Origin: Picochlorum sp. SENEW3
Taxonomy: Eukaryota
Assembly (NCBI GenBank): GCA_034226945.1
Contig: CP120463.1
Location: 930,001-973,501, forward strand
Length of the DNA stretch: 43,501 bases
Direction: 5' to 3'
Shown: one piece after another, positions 10,854-21,791 of the stretch
Layout: each line of letters begins with the position of its first letter
How positions within the stretch are numbered: the first letter of the stretch is position 1
The notes under the pieces: model-generated
The model's input: only the letters and a program-made list of their open reading frames with translations
Told to the model about the DNA's origin: nothing
Database searches by the model: none
Translations under genes and position numbers: made by a program

Positions 10854-13800
10854 ATGAACCAAGAAGGACAGCACGATCTCGTGGGCAGCGAAGACTCTTC
10901 CCCGGCCAGGGTTCCCTGGATAGAAAGGAAGATGCTATCTAGGAATAGTAGGAACAAGGAGAGCAAGCCGCAGAAATTGATCGGAGAGAGGTACAAGTTG
11001 GGGGAAGAAATCGGTCGAGGAGCTTCTGGTGTCGTGTATCGGGGTTTGGATACAAAGACGGGTAAGCATGTGGCCGTGAAAGAGGTGTCGTTGGAGAGAA
11101 TGCAGCCGAGCGATATTTCTGCCATCATGGGGGAGGTGGAGCTGTTGAAGTCTCTCAACCACGTGAACGTGGTGCAGTACCTTGGTTCGTTCCAAACTCG
11201 GCATTACTTGTACATTGTCATGGAGTTGGTGGAAGCTGGTTCTCTCGCGATGATCATCAAGAAGAATCATTTCGGTCCATTTCCTGAAAGCCTCGTAGCT
11301 GTGTACATTGACCAGGTATTGCAGGGGCTTGCCTATCTCCATTCTCAGGGTGTTGTGCATAGAGATATCAAAGGGGCCAACATTCTGACGAATAAGGAGG
11401 GATTGGTCAAATTAGCCGATTTTGGGGTGGCAGCCAGGTTGGAGGAGGCTCCCCAGTACGATAGAGGTCAATCAGAGGAAGAGTACATGCAGCCAGCGGG
11501 GACTCCGTACTGGATGGCACCAGAAATTGTAGAACTGAAGACTGTTACAGCATCATCAGACATATGGAGCGTTGGATGCGTAGCAATAGAACTTTTGACG
11601 GGATTTCCGCCGTACTTTGATCTGCAACCCTTGAGCGCATTGTACAATATTGTTCAGGAACCCCATCCACCACTGCCAAATGGAGCATCTGAGACCTTTA
11701 AAGATTTCTTGCTGTCTTGTTTTGACAAGGTACGAGTATATTGTTTCTGTGTGCCTGTATTAATTCACTGAAAAATAGCTTAAACGCAAAACCTGCAGGA
11801 CCCTATGAAAAGGCCATCAGCTCAAGCCCTGACAATGCACCCGTGGATTGTCCAAAACAGAAAGTCGATCAAGTCTCTGTGGGGCCAGACAATCAAGGCC
11901 GATTCGAATGATCAATATGATGCCGGCGTCGCATCTGTGGTTCAGCGCCTGATTGCCGCAGATCTGACATCTTCCGTCTCAGACGCCTCCAACGCTGGGG
12001 CTAGCACAGAATCTTTTGAGACGGCCAATGAAACCCGGCCCAGCTTGTCGCGGCCTAGCGATGTTATCGACACAGTTGAAGGATATCGGATAGACAGCGT
12101 CAATCAAGCAGAATTCGACGAAGAAAATCAAATTGATACAGCTGGCCAGATCGCTCTGAGTCGTATTGTGGAGTCTGGTGCTTTTCATCAGGATCCTTTC
12201 TCAGTCGGACAACCTACCAATCCTCACGCCACTGTCCAAGATGCCGCAGATGTTATTCGGCAAATAAGCTCCCTAAAAATATCTTCAAACTCTAAAGAAA
12301 GAAGTTTAGTCGAGGAAGCGGCTGCAGCGGCCTCAGCGAGGACGATTGATGGCTACATTGCAAAACACCACCAACTAGCAAAGGTTTTTGTCAAAGCAGA
12401 TGGATTGTCATCCCTGCGGGAATTGTTTGATTCTTCCTCTGAAAGAGTGTTGATGCCTTGTCTAGACTTGTTGATGACCGTCATCACGGCAGATTTAGAG
12501 GCTTTGGAAGAAGTTTGTTGCCTTGGGATCATCCCATCAGCTCTCAGGTTTGCTGCAAAGCAGCACCCTGTCTCACTGCGGATCCGGGCCGGGCAGTTTG
12601 GGCATATCTTAGCAACAAGTTCCTCTTTTTCGTCTCGCTTACTTATATCATGCCAAGGGATTCCATTTTTAATGGCGCTGGTCGATGAGCAGCCTCAGCG
12701 TGTGGAAGACTTTCAGTTGGCAAGTCTAGCAATCTCGACGTTTTGGGCCATCCTCAGACGTACCACACTTCCGGGTGCGAATGTTTGGCCAAACCAATAT
12801 CTGAGGCTGATGGCCCACCATGGAGTGCCTCATAGGGTCGTGCAGATCCTGCCACACGTTCTGAGGCGCGCCTCTGAGATGGGCTCCAGACAACGAGCTC
12901 CAAGGCCACAGAGTGGGCAGCAGGCAGAGAGTGCGATGTGCGAACCTGAGGCCTCTGTGAACACGGACATAGACAGTCACTTGGAAAATTTTTCGCAGCC
13001 ATGTGTCATGAGAGAATTGGATGATATGTTGCGAATTTCAGAGGGCGCTCTCAATCTTTTTGTTGCTCTGTCGTTTGGCGACAAGGTGGTCAAAGCAAGA
13101 TGTGCCAGAAAGGATACAATTACTCTACTGTTATCATTGACCTTAAGAATGCCAACAGACATGCAGGAGAAGGTGCTGCTGGCCATAAAGTCCTTGTCAG
13201 GTGAGGAGACGGTCATTGGCAGCTTGGAGGAGGCAAATGGTGTTGCTTATGCCTCGGCACAGCTGGCACGAGAAGACTCTCCACGGCTTCAGGCTGATGG
13301 GCTGAAGACTCTGAAGAATATGTGTCAACTTAGTCGAACAAGGCAAGAAAAGGCGGCGAGAGCTGGATCCGTGCCTTGGCTATGCAGGCTTGCCATTCAC
13401 CCACCAAAGCTCGATGCTCGTTCCGCAGAAAGGGAGGATGCTGGTGAGGATGAGGCGATTGCCTTGCTTTGCGCCATGGTCCACTCGAGCTCGAAAACTC
13501 GCGATCTCCTATGGAAAGCCAACGCTCTGGACGTCTTTCTCCAGCTTCTAAAAGATGAAGCATGTCAAGCATCCGTCTTGGAGGCTATCACTTTCTGGCT
13601 GGACTGTGATGCTGCCAGGATTGAACCCAAACTGCTAGAAGATGCTGCAATCACCCGAATAGTGCTCCTGATGCCTTGCGGCAACGACATCTCTGAGACG
13701 AAGCTTGACAACCTTCCGAATATAACTTCTCCAATTTCCAAGCTCGTATCAAAGTCAAGAAAGATTGGGCTGGCGCTCTCGAGTTCGGGGCTGGCATCTA

Positions 13801-14030
13801 GGATCACAGAGCTGATGGCAAAATCCAACCCTTCGACAATCCTGTCATTGATGGATCTGCTGAAGCTTCTTTACGAGATACAGCCGCATCCACAACAATT
13901 TCTCAGTGAAAATAAGATTCCCGGGATTCTGCAGACATTGGTGAGGAATTGGACGGCGGAGGACCAAGTTTTAGTGTCAATTCAAGCCAACAAGCTTCTC
14001 TCAGTCTTCTCCATTGATGAAAGCCTTTGA
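10854..14030 (+). CDS. MAP3K-epsilon / Cdc15 / S. pombe Cdc7-like Ser/Thr kinase with C-terminal ARM-like helical region
   Basis: Exons 10854-11729 and 11799-14030, intron GTACGA...CTGCAG, giving the junction FDK-DPMKRPSA. Motifs IGRGASGVVY, VAVKEV, HRDIKGANILT, KLADFGVA, GTPYWMAPE, and GPFPESLVAVY (MAP3K-epsilon type). Confidence 0.9.
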
Positions 14031-14091
14031 AAAATCAACTATTTATTTTTTACGTCTATTACATTTTTCATACGATATATGTAACCAGTTG

Positions 14092-16650
14092 TTAGGAATA
14101 TTCGCCGAGCAAATTTGCTATATCCGCAGGTGGACTGTAGGGGTTTTTCGGGGACCACCATGACGGTGTGTCCTCATTCCTCACTCCATTCTGAGTACTA
14201 GTCTCGCCCTTCTTATCAGGGCAAATAAGTTCCCCATTCTCACTCCAAGAGAATCCACTCACATATGGAGCGTCGAATTTGGTAGGATTGCATGATTCTA
14301 TAACTTGTGCAACTTGTTCTCCCGTCAACGTCTCCTCCTCATACAGGACCTTGGAGAGTTTCTCAAGGGCTTCATAATTCGTGACCAAGGCCCAGTAACT
14401 TTTCGCCTCAGCCCCCTCAAGCAATTCTACAACATCCTGATACGCTACCTTGGCCATATCTGTGGATATGTCCGATATTTTTCTGGTCTTGCTCTTGTTG
14501 AGGTAGACCTCTTCGTTATCCATCAAAGCCACTGGGCCAGTGCGCCTCCCAAACCCACACCTGTACACCATCTCTCTTGCAATCGAATTTGCCATCTCCA
14601 AGTCAGTCGCTCCAGCAGTGCTCAGGTTTGCCTCTCCCAGAACAAGCTGCTCGGCGCAACGACCTGCCAGAGCAACCACCATTCGACTCTCCAAATACGC
14701 TCGTGTTGTTATTCTGCTCTCAAGCCTCTCCTCCATCGGCAAAAAATACGTATATCCAGTCGCCAGTCCCCCTGGACACACGCTCACGCGCTGAATCTCG
14801 TCAAATTTGGGTGTGATGTACCCTACCAGCGCCCGTGCTGCTTCATAAATTGCTATTGTTCTTCTCATCCTCTCAGGGATTGTATCCTGTTCCACTTCTG
14901 TTGCCGTGATAGAACCGCCCATCTTCTCCCTGTGGATCTTTTCCAGAGCTTCGAAGGCCTCATCGTTTCCTATGAATGGCTGCTTCTGACGCGCAGCAAT
15001 AATAGCGGCCTGATTCATCAGGTTCATGAGCTCGGCACCTGTGAAACCAGCCGTAGCTCGAGCCAGTTTCGAAAAGTCAATGTCGGGGTCCACCTTCTTG
15101 TCCCGTGCGTGAACTTTCAAGATACCCACTCTGCCTTCAACGTTCGGGAGAGGCAAGTGCACAATTCTATCGAAGCGCCCAGGCCTGGTCAAAGCCTGGT
15201 CCAAGGCGGCTGGTCTATTGGTAGCTGCCATCACCACTACCCCTGTATTATCCTCAAACCCATCCATCTCCGCCAATAACTGATTGATCGTGTGGACAGA
15301 CTCGTCATTCCCGGCCCCTCCATACTCTCTAGCTTTGCCTAATCCATCGAACTCGTCGATGAATAGGATACATGGTGAATTATCCCTAGCTTGCTGGAAC
15401 ATATCACGAACCCTCGAGGCCCCTACCCCGACGAACATTTCCATGAACTCGGTCCCGGCAATGGAAAAAAACGGGACCCCTGCTTCTCCAGCGATTGCTT
15501 TCGCTAAGAGGGTCTTACCGGTCCCGGGAGGACCCACGAGCAACACGCCAGCCGGAGATCTGGCCCCTAATTTGAGAAACTTCTGAGGGTCCTTGAGGAA
15601 AGAGACCACCTCTGTAATTTCTGATTTGACTTGATCGATCCCAGCGATATCGTCGAACGTTATGGTGGCATCTTTAGAAGACACGGATTCCAATTTCGCA
15701 CCTCCAAAGATTTTGTCCCGCTTCTTCTTCCTGCCAATCCGAAAGGCAAACTTGATCAGCAAGAATGAAAACCACACTGGAAATACTAGTCTGACCAGCG
15801 CATGCACCACAGGAAGTGCAGGATTTGGATCTGAAGGAATTATGTACGTTCCATGATTGACCATGTGATCGAACAGTCCGGGATCATATGGCAGGCCGAC
15901 CTTTTCTACTCGAGCACCTCCAGGAGCAGAGTTCCGCGTCCTCACGACAACAGATCTCCTGTCAGATGTGTACTTGACACTCTCGACATGCCCTTCCTCC
16001 ACCAAGTTCCAAAATTGCGTATACGTCATATCCTTCAATTTATCTGGTCTCCACGCCGACTGCAGAGCCATCTTCTCGATTTCTTTGTTCGACGGGATTG
16101 ATGTCGGATCAGGAACCCTGGATTTCGAGGGGTCTTTGACAAGCTTTCCACCTTTGGAACGATGATTAGCTCGCTTCATTTGCTTTTGCAATCTTTCATC
16201 ACCTGAACGAGCGATGGCCGCCCTTGTCTCCGCATCAATCTCCTCCGGACTCATGGGCTGGCCTCGCCTACCAGCATCAGCAACGTCTGCCAGCCATGTC
16301 GGAGTCCGCAACGTCTCCGCCGTTTCTGGCTTTGTAGGCGAGGCGTGTGATGTCTTTGGAACCATCAATGGATAAAATGCACCAAGCAATGCTGCTCCAA
16401 CGATGCTGCCCCTGAGCAGCCCAGACCAAGGCGATTTGGGGTTAGCCATGGCCCCATCCAAAGCCTGGCATGGTTGGCTGGCAACCCTTATTACTAAACT
16501 GCGAGACCCACGCTGGAATCCTGGCGCATCTATTTTCTTTTCAGAGCAATGCCCATGAAAATCTCTACTGGAAAGCCTTTGGACTTTCCTATTTGCAAGA
16601 AGCTGCACTGCCCCTGGCCCATGAATCCCCTTTCCGCAAGGAAGGGCCAT
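14092..16650 (-). CDS. Plastid-targeted FtsH-family AAA+ protein lacking the HEXXH zinc motif (FtsHi-like)
   Basis: Probable start MALPCGKG at 16650 with a transit-peptide-like N-terminus and two hydrophobic segments. Walker A GPPGTGKT, Walker B ILFIDE, SRH TNRPAALDQALTRPGRFD. The expected HEAGH position reads YEAAR. Confidence 0.9.
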   Translation of the reverse strand: MALPCGKGIHGPGAVQLLANRKVQRLSSRDFHGHCSEKKIDAPGFQRGSRSLVIRVASQPCQALDGAMANPKSPWSGLLRGSIVGAALLGAFYPLMVPKTSHASPTKPETAETLRTPTWLADVADAGRRGQPMSPEEIDAETRAAIARSGDERLQKQMKRANHRSKGGKLVKDPSKSRVPDPTSIPSNKEIEKMALQSAWRPDKLKDMTYTQFWNLVEEGHVESVKYTSDRRSVVVRTRNSAPGGARVEKVGLPYDPGLFDHMVNHGTYIIPSDPNPALPVVHALVRLVFPVWFSFLLIKFAFRIGRKKKRDKIFGGAKLESVSSKDATITFDDIAGIDQVKSEITEVVSFLKDPQKFLKLGARSPAGVLLVGPPGTGKTLLAKAIAGEAGVPFFSIAGTEFMEMFVGVGASRVRDMFQQARDNSPCILFIDEFDGLGKAREYGGAGNDESVHTINQLLAEMDGFEDNTGVVVMAATNRPAALDQALTRPGRFDRIVHLPLPNVEGRVGILKVHARDKKVDPDIDFSKLARATAGFTGAELMNLMNQAAIIAARQKQPFIGNDEAFEALEKIHREKMGGSITATEVEQDTIPERMRRTIAIYEAARALVGYITPKFDEIQRVSVCPGGLATGYTYFLPMEERLESRITTRAYLESRMVVALAGRCAEQLVLGEANLSTAGATDLEMANSIAREMVYRCGFGRRTGPVALMDNEEVYLNKSKTRKISDISTDMAKVAYQDVVELLEGAEAKSYWALVTNYEALEKLSKVLYEEETLTGEQVAQVIESCNPTKFDAPYVSGFSWSENGELICPDKKGETSTQNGVRNEDTPSWWSPKNPYSPPADIANLLGEYS

Positions 16651-17247
16651 ATTTGCCCCGAGGCACTTCATAAAAGCCTGCACAAATCTAAACACCGCTC
16701 TTCCAGTCAAAATTGGAACCGAAACTCGAACTTGGAAGCAGCCTCCCGCCACACAAATATACACTCTAAAAAAAGGAATGCCACCAAGGACGTGGCGATG
16801 CCAAATACACACCCCAGATACCCCGTACTCCCGACCCATTTATCATATATAAGATTATCATAGAAGCGCTGCCGCCCGACTCGCCCGAGGGACTCACCTT
16901 TTGGCCGTCAGAGAAAGAACACTCCTGCAAGCGAACGTCGCGAGATGCTGCTCCTATCGCAACACAATGCACCAGGTTAATCTGATACTAAACCGCTTCG
17001 ATAGTAATATAACTGCCCGTTGTACTCTGAGCGCTCGAATCGTATGAGACGCCTGCGTCAAGGGGCCAAGAAATGGATGGCCCCCATCAAAGAGGGTGAT
17101 CAACGGTGGCTCATGAGCCATCGCGCTTGGTTGTCGCTGTCTGGAGTTTCGGCAACTCTAGAGTTCCATGGGGCGACTCCAACAATGTGGCAACTTCGTC
17201 CGGACATTGATTATTCGATTCAACTGTATACATTTTTTAGTTTCAAG

Positions 17248-17969
17248 ATGATTCCTGCAACTCACACAGTAGGCTCACGCTTCTTCCTGCGTGGTCCACA
17301 AGTCAGGGCCACTGGCCCCCAGCAAGCCCAGCGTGCCAGAACAGTCTCAAGAATAGTGTGCGAAGATGCTCCAGAGAAAAAATCTGCTGCCAAGGCCAAG
17401 GCTGCGACCTTAAGGTACGTAAAATGCTCGGCATTGTGTCGGACAACCACATCTGGAGGACGGCGCGGTGCCACTGGGTCCATGCGGACCTTGTGCAAGC
17501 ACATTGCCCCGTATCTCACTTTTGTATGCCCAATATGCACATTTCATGGACATCTGAGCCCCGTATACGGGCGAAGGTGCACTAGAGAGTTGCGGTGGTA
17601 GTATTGCTGCTTGGCACCTTGTGGTACACAGCTGAAGAAACTGTGCGCAACGAGCGCTCGGGAAACATCATGGCCTGTTTACATGTCTTTAACCCTAAAT
17701 TCAATGCCCAACACTGTAGGACCGAGTTCCCAACCGCCGAAGCAGTCCAGGGAGAGGTTGATAGGCTCAGAAGTGAGATGTTCACCATGCGCATTAAATT
17801 CGCCAAGCGTGAGGAATACCAGCCAGCACAGTACAAAGCTCTGAGAAAACGCGTTGCCCAGCTGTTGACGATTCAGCGAGAGCGCACGTTAGAGCAGGGT
17901 GTCACCAGGAGAGAAGCCCGTGCCTTAGAGAGACGCACACTGGCAGAGGCTGGCCTGAGACAATTTTAA
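17248..17969 (+). CDS. RPL29: Plastid 50S ribosomal protein L29 (nuclear-encoded)
   Basis: Exons 17248-17414 and 17720-17969, intron GTACGT...CTGTAG. Transit-peptide-like N-terminus, then EVDRLRSEMFTMRIKFAKREEYQPAQYKALRKRVAQLLTIQRER, a uL29 signature. Confidence 0.85.
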
Positions 17970-18002
17970 TGCATTCATGTTTGACAATAATAATGTAACA
18001 TA

Positions 18003-18785
18003 TTAGTTCTCTTCAAAAGCTCTTTGTGCTCGTTGCACGTAGGAAGACACTTTGCTTGGATCTTTTGCCAATTTTGTGTCATTGCAGACTCCGCTGGAAA
18101 CATCCACGCCGTCAGGCCGGGCGATTTCTATGGCGCTTGCTACATTGTCATGCGTCAGGCCACCCGCAAGCAACCACCCATGTTGTGAAAAGGTCGGAGG
18201 CCGAAGAGATTCCCAGTCAAACCTCATTCCACTGCCTCCTTTCAAAGAGTCCACGAGAAACCAATCCGGCCTTCTCTCAAGTCCCGACACGTCCGTTTGC
18301 ACCTCACCATTGCTATCTGCATGCACAACATATATCACCTGCAAATCTAGCGGCAGGGACGCAAATGCTGAGCGTGCCACATCTCCATGAAGCTGAGCAA
18401 TATCAATTCCTACTTCCTCACAGGTTTCCACTATGGCCTCGGCAGTCTCTTCCACAAACACTCCAACAGCGCGCGATCCGTGCTTCTTTGCTGCTGCTGC
18501 GATATTCCTGGCCGTCTCCAGCGAGACGCTTCGCCCAGCCTTGGGCCACAGTATCATGCCAATCAGGTCAGCTCCTTCTGAGGCTGCAAAGGCCGCATCC
18601 TCTGGGGACACAACCCCGCACACTTTGACTAAATGATCACATTTCTGGGATACGGAGCAACGCATCGTCCTGTGCGTAACTCTTTTGAAGAGTGTCGTCC
18701 GCTGCTGCTGGACATGTGGAGAACAAGCCACAAGGCTCCCCTCCGTGCCAAACACTTTCGGGGCGATGAGCGAAACAATTGACAT
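18003..18785 (-). CDS. PAI1: Phosphoribosylanthranilate isomerase (plastid, TrpF)
   Basis: VKVCGV, GADLIGMI, VGVFV, AQLHG, LVDSLKGGSG, WLLAGGL and DGVDVSSGV motifs, preceded by a transit-peptide-like N-terminus. Confidence 0.95.
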   Translation of the reverse strand: MSIVSLIAPKVFGTEGSLVACSPHVQQQRTTLFKRVTHRTMRCSVSQKCDHLVKVCGVVSPEDAAFAASEGADLIGMILWPKAGRSVSLETARNIAAAAKKHGSRAVGVFVEETAEAIVETCEEVGIDIAQLHGDVARSAFASLPLDLQVIYVVHADSNGEVQTDVSGLERRPDWFLVDSLKGGSGMRFDWESLRPPTFSQHGWLLAGGLTHDNVASAIEIARPDGVDVSSGVCNDTKLAKDPSKVSSYVQRAQRAFEEN

Positions 18786-19049
18786 CTCTCAATACCAATG
18801 AGAGCTCCACAACTGTGCCATTGCCAATATGTCGCTCCGATACGCCGAGACTCCATCCGGATCCTAGTGACAGATCGTGATGCTTGGCGACCCACAAAAG
18901 ATAAAGAGAGGATGGCATGAGAATTTCCCAGGCTTTTAAACATTGAAATACAATTTATACTTTGACTTTTAGCTAAAGCCTCCCACGCTGAAGGTGCCTA
19001 CGGTCTCTGCATGCAATTACTCGTTTCGTGAAGCATTCAGCAAAGCACG

Positions 19050-20059
19050 ATGGGAAAAAGGAAGGGGAAGAAGGATGAGACCAATAAAGTTCCAATAATT
19101 GCCGAAGGAAGGGTGCAGAAGAGGAATGGATCGTTCAAAAACAAGGAAAAGGTTCTTGTTGTGTCTTCTCGTGGCATTACGTTTAGGTGTGTGTTTACGC
19201 TCCGTCCTGGCCGGTGCCTCTGATCATGTCATATTGAAAATACGATTCTTGTACAGGTCGAGGCATTTGCTTTTAGATATCCTGCAGCTTTTGCCGCATT
19301 CGAAAAAGGATGCCAAGCTGGACACCAAGTCAGACAGAGGGGTCATCAACGAGGTTGCCGATCTCAAGAACTGTTCGTCAACGCTCTTTTTCGAGACTCG
19401 AAAGCATCAGGACTTGTACTTGTGGGCTGCAAAGACACCCAATGGCCCTTCCATCAAGTTCCATGTCACAAATGGTGAGTGGTGCACCCTCGTGAATAAT
19501 GTGATCAAGTGGTATTTGTCTCATGTGACCAATGTATTTTGCAGTTCACACCATGGCTGAACTCAAACTGAGTGGAAATCATCTCAAGGGTTCCAGACCT
19601 GTATTGACTTTCGATGCTGCTTTTGAGAGATCGCCTCACCTGCAGTTGATCAGGGAAGTCCTGAGCCAGATATTTGCCACGCCGCCGTTAGCCCCCAAAC
19701 GAAAGCCATTTTTCGACCATGTACTTAATTTTAGTGTGGTAGATGACCGGGTGTGGATTAGGAACTATCAGGTGTCGCCAGAGAAGAGAGTGCAATCGGC
19801 AGAAGACCTCACATTGATCGAGGTGGGCCCAAGGGTGTGCATGAACCCCGTGAAGATTCTTTCTGGGTCCTTTGGGGGGCCGGTTGTCTACGATAATCCC
19901 ACATATGTGTCACCAAATGCAATACGGGCGGCAATAAAGAGGTCAAAACAATCGAAATACGTTTCCAAAGTTGGTGCACGAAAGCAGCGGAAGCAGCACC
20001 TGGCTGCCAACAAAGTTCCAAGGAATGAATTATCGGATGTGTTCAAGGGTGACAATTAA
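19050..20059 (+). CDS. BRX1: Ribosome biogenesis protein BRX1 (Brix domain)
   Basis: Exons 19050-19186, 19257-19474 and 19545-20059 with GT-AG introns. NKEKVLVVSSRGITFRSRHLLLD, FFETRKHQDLYLW, GPSIKFHVTNVHTMAELKLSGNHLKGSRP, LIEVGPR, GSFGGPVVYDNP. Confidence 0.95.
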
Positions 20060-20070
20060 ATATCGTGTAA

Positions 20071-21507
20071 CTATATTCGCCTCTTTTTTTTCAGGATGGG
20101 CTCGAAGGATTCGTCAGCCTTGGGATGGCTAGGGTCTTTCTTTGAGGACGTGCCACCAAAGGCAGATCTGTGCTCATAGCCCTTGTCATCAAAAATTTTC
20201 TGAATTCGATTCAGCTCTTGATCTAACTTTGCCTTCTCCCGGGCTTGCTCACGCATTAATTCTTTTCTTTTGTCTGGCTGAGGCGCCTCTTTCTCTAGTT
20301 TGACCTGACCCTCTTCGTCGTCACTTTCATCCATGATTCCCCCTCCTTCAAAGGGGTAGCATTCTTCGTATCCATCAATCTCCAGCTGACGCCTCGACAT
20401 ACGTTGTCTATTTATATTCCATTGCTCAGGAGGTGGCCCCCTATTCGCGCCAGTGGCATCCTCGGCCACAAGTGCTCCACTCGTGCCATCTCCTGTCCTA
20501 GCCTCTCCTTGTGGTGTGTCCGAAAAATACGAGCCCGCGGCCTTGCCTGACGACTTTTTCGCCTCATTCCTCTTCTCAGGAACGTAATCTGTTCCAGCGT
20601 CCCCGAAAATGTCCTCGTCATCATCGTCATCTTTCTCCACCTTTTCCTTTTGCTCCTGGGCCGGAGCCATTTCCAACTGGACCTGCTCTGGCTCACGAAC
20701 TCGCATCGCAGACTCTTTTCTACGCGACTTGGCCCCTCCAACTTGAGCATATTGCATAATGCTGACAATCTCGTCGACCACTTCTTTGGGCAAAGACGCA
20801 TTCTCAGCGCAGGCGGCAGTCCTTGGAGCATCCTCCAGTGCCCTCATTCGAACGGTGGGCATTTCGAATTTGTCCGTGGGACTCATCGAAAACGCAAATC
20901 CGGTCCTGCGAGGTAAAAACGTATCAACTGTCGATCCACCTCTATCCCTGGTAATCTGGCCTAGTGCTTGGAGTATGGCTCTTCCCAGTGCTGAATGACC
21001 ATGAGAGACACTCTCCTCCCACGTGCTCTTCCTCGGCATCGGGGGCACCTGTTTCATAAGTTCATCTTCTATTTTTATCCTTCGCTCTTCCCTCTGTCTC
21101 TGCTCGCGCTCCGCCCTCACCTTGGACAGCAGAGCATAGTCCAGACCCCTCACCAGGTGGGTGTGCTCTTCGTCCCCTCCGAAATACTTGGACTCTTCAA
21201 TGCTCAGCGTAGCCACGTCTCTATCACTTAAATGGCTTGTACCTCCATCGATGACTCCACGACGCCTCTCCTCTGCTCTGTCTCGATAGGTGGACACATC
21301 TGTAGGTTCCGTGACCTCTTCCTCCTGAGTGCCCTGCCGGTGAACTGCCTTACCACGCCTTTTCACAGGCTTACTCTTCTCTTTAATTTGCCTATTCCCA
21401 GACCCATTTACTCGTGGAGTGTCGAGGAGTTTTCGAAAGTCCGCATTTGTCAAACCAGCGCTCGAGTGCCCGTTCTCGGGAGGTGCCTCTTGCTGGGTTC
21501 CGTCCAT
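20071..21507 (-). CDS. SMU2: RED / IK / SMU2 spliceosomal protein
   Basis: LTNADFRKLL, YRDRAEERR, SKYFGGDEEHTHLVRGLDYALL (RED_N); DIFGDAGTDY and YEECYP (RED_C); basic C-terminus KKKRRI. Confidence 0.92.
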   Translation of the reverse strand: MDGTQQEAPPENGHSSAGLTNADFRKLLDTPRVNGSGNRQIKEKSKPVKRRGKAVHRQGTQEEEVTEPTDVSTYRDRAEERRRGVIDGGTSHLSDRDVATLSIEESKYFGGDEEHTHLVRGLDYALLSKVRAEREQRQREERRIKIEDELMKQVPPMPRKSTWEESVSHGHSALGRAILQALGQITRDRGGSTVDTFLPRRTGFAFSMSPTDKFEMPTVRMRALEDAPRTAACAENASLPKEVVDEIVSIMQYAQVGGAKSRRKESAMRVREPEQVQLEMAPAQEQKEKVEKDDDDDEDIFGDAGTDYVPEKRNEAKKSSGKAAGSYFSDTPQGEARTGDGTSGALVAEDATGANRGPPPEQWNINRQRMSRRQLEIDGYEECYPFEGGGIMDESDDEEGQVKLEKEAPQPDKRKELMREQAREKAKLDQELNRIQKIFDDKGYEHRSAFGGTSSKKDPSHPKADESFEPILKKKRRI

Positions 21508-21791
21508 GTTCCCATAAATTTATATTCTGATTCCTCTTTTTGTTCAATGGGTGCCATTCCCATTAAACGTAGTGCACCGTTCAAAATCAGCCTTGCAACG
21601 CAATTGCGTTCGACTGCAATTGCGTGGGTCTAGGCTTCCTTGCAAGGAGCTCATTCCTGATTCCTCATTGAAGGGCGATGTGCGCTTCTTTTCGACGATG
21701 TAGACAATTAGTTTTTTAATTATACTTTTCCTGCGCTAGTGACCAGCGCTCCGTTGTCTGAAACAGGAAACAACGCCGTTGCTGCCACGAC

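Noticed and set aside
14305..15279. 324-aa + strand ORF
   Set aside because: Antisense shadow of the FtsH-family gene.
17415..17719. snoRNA in the comparatively long (305-nt) RPL29 intron
   Set aside because: No convincing C/D or H/ACA box arrangement was seen.
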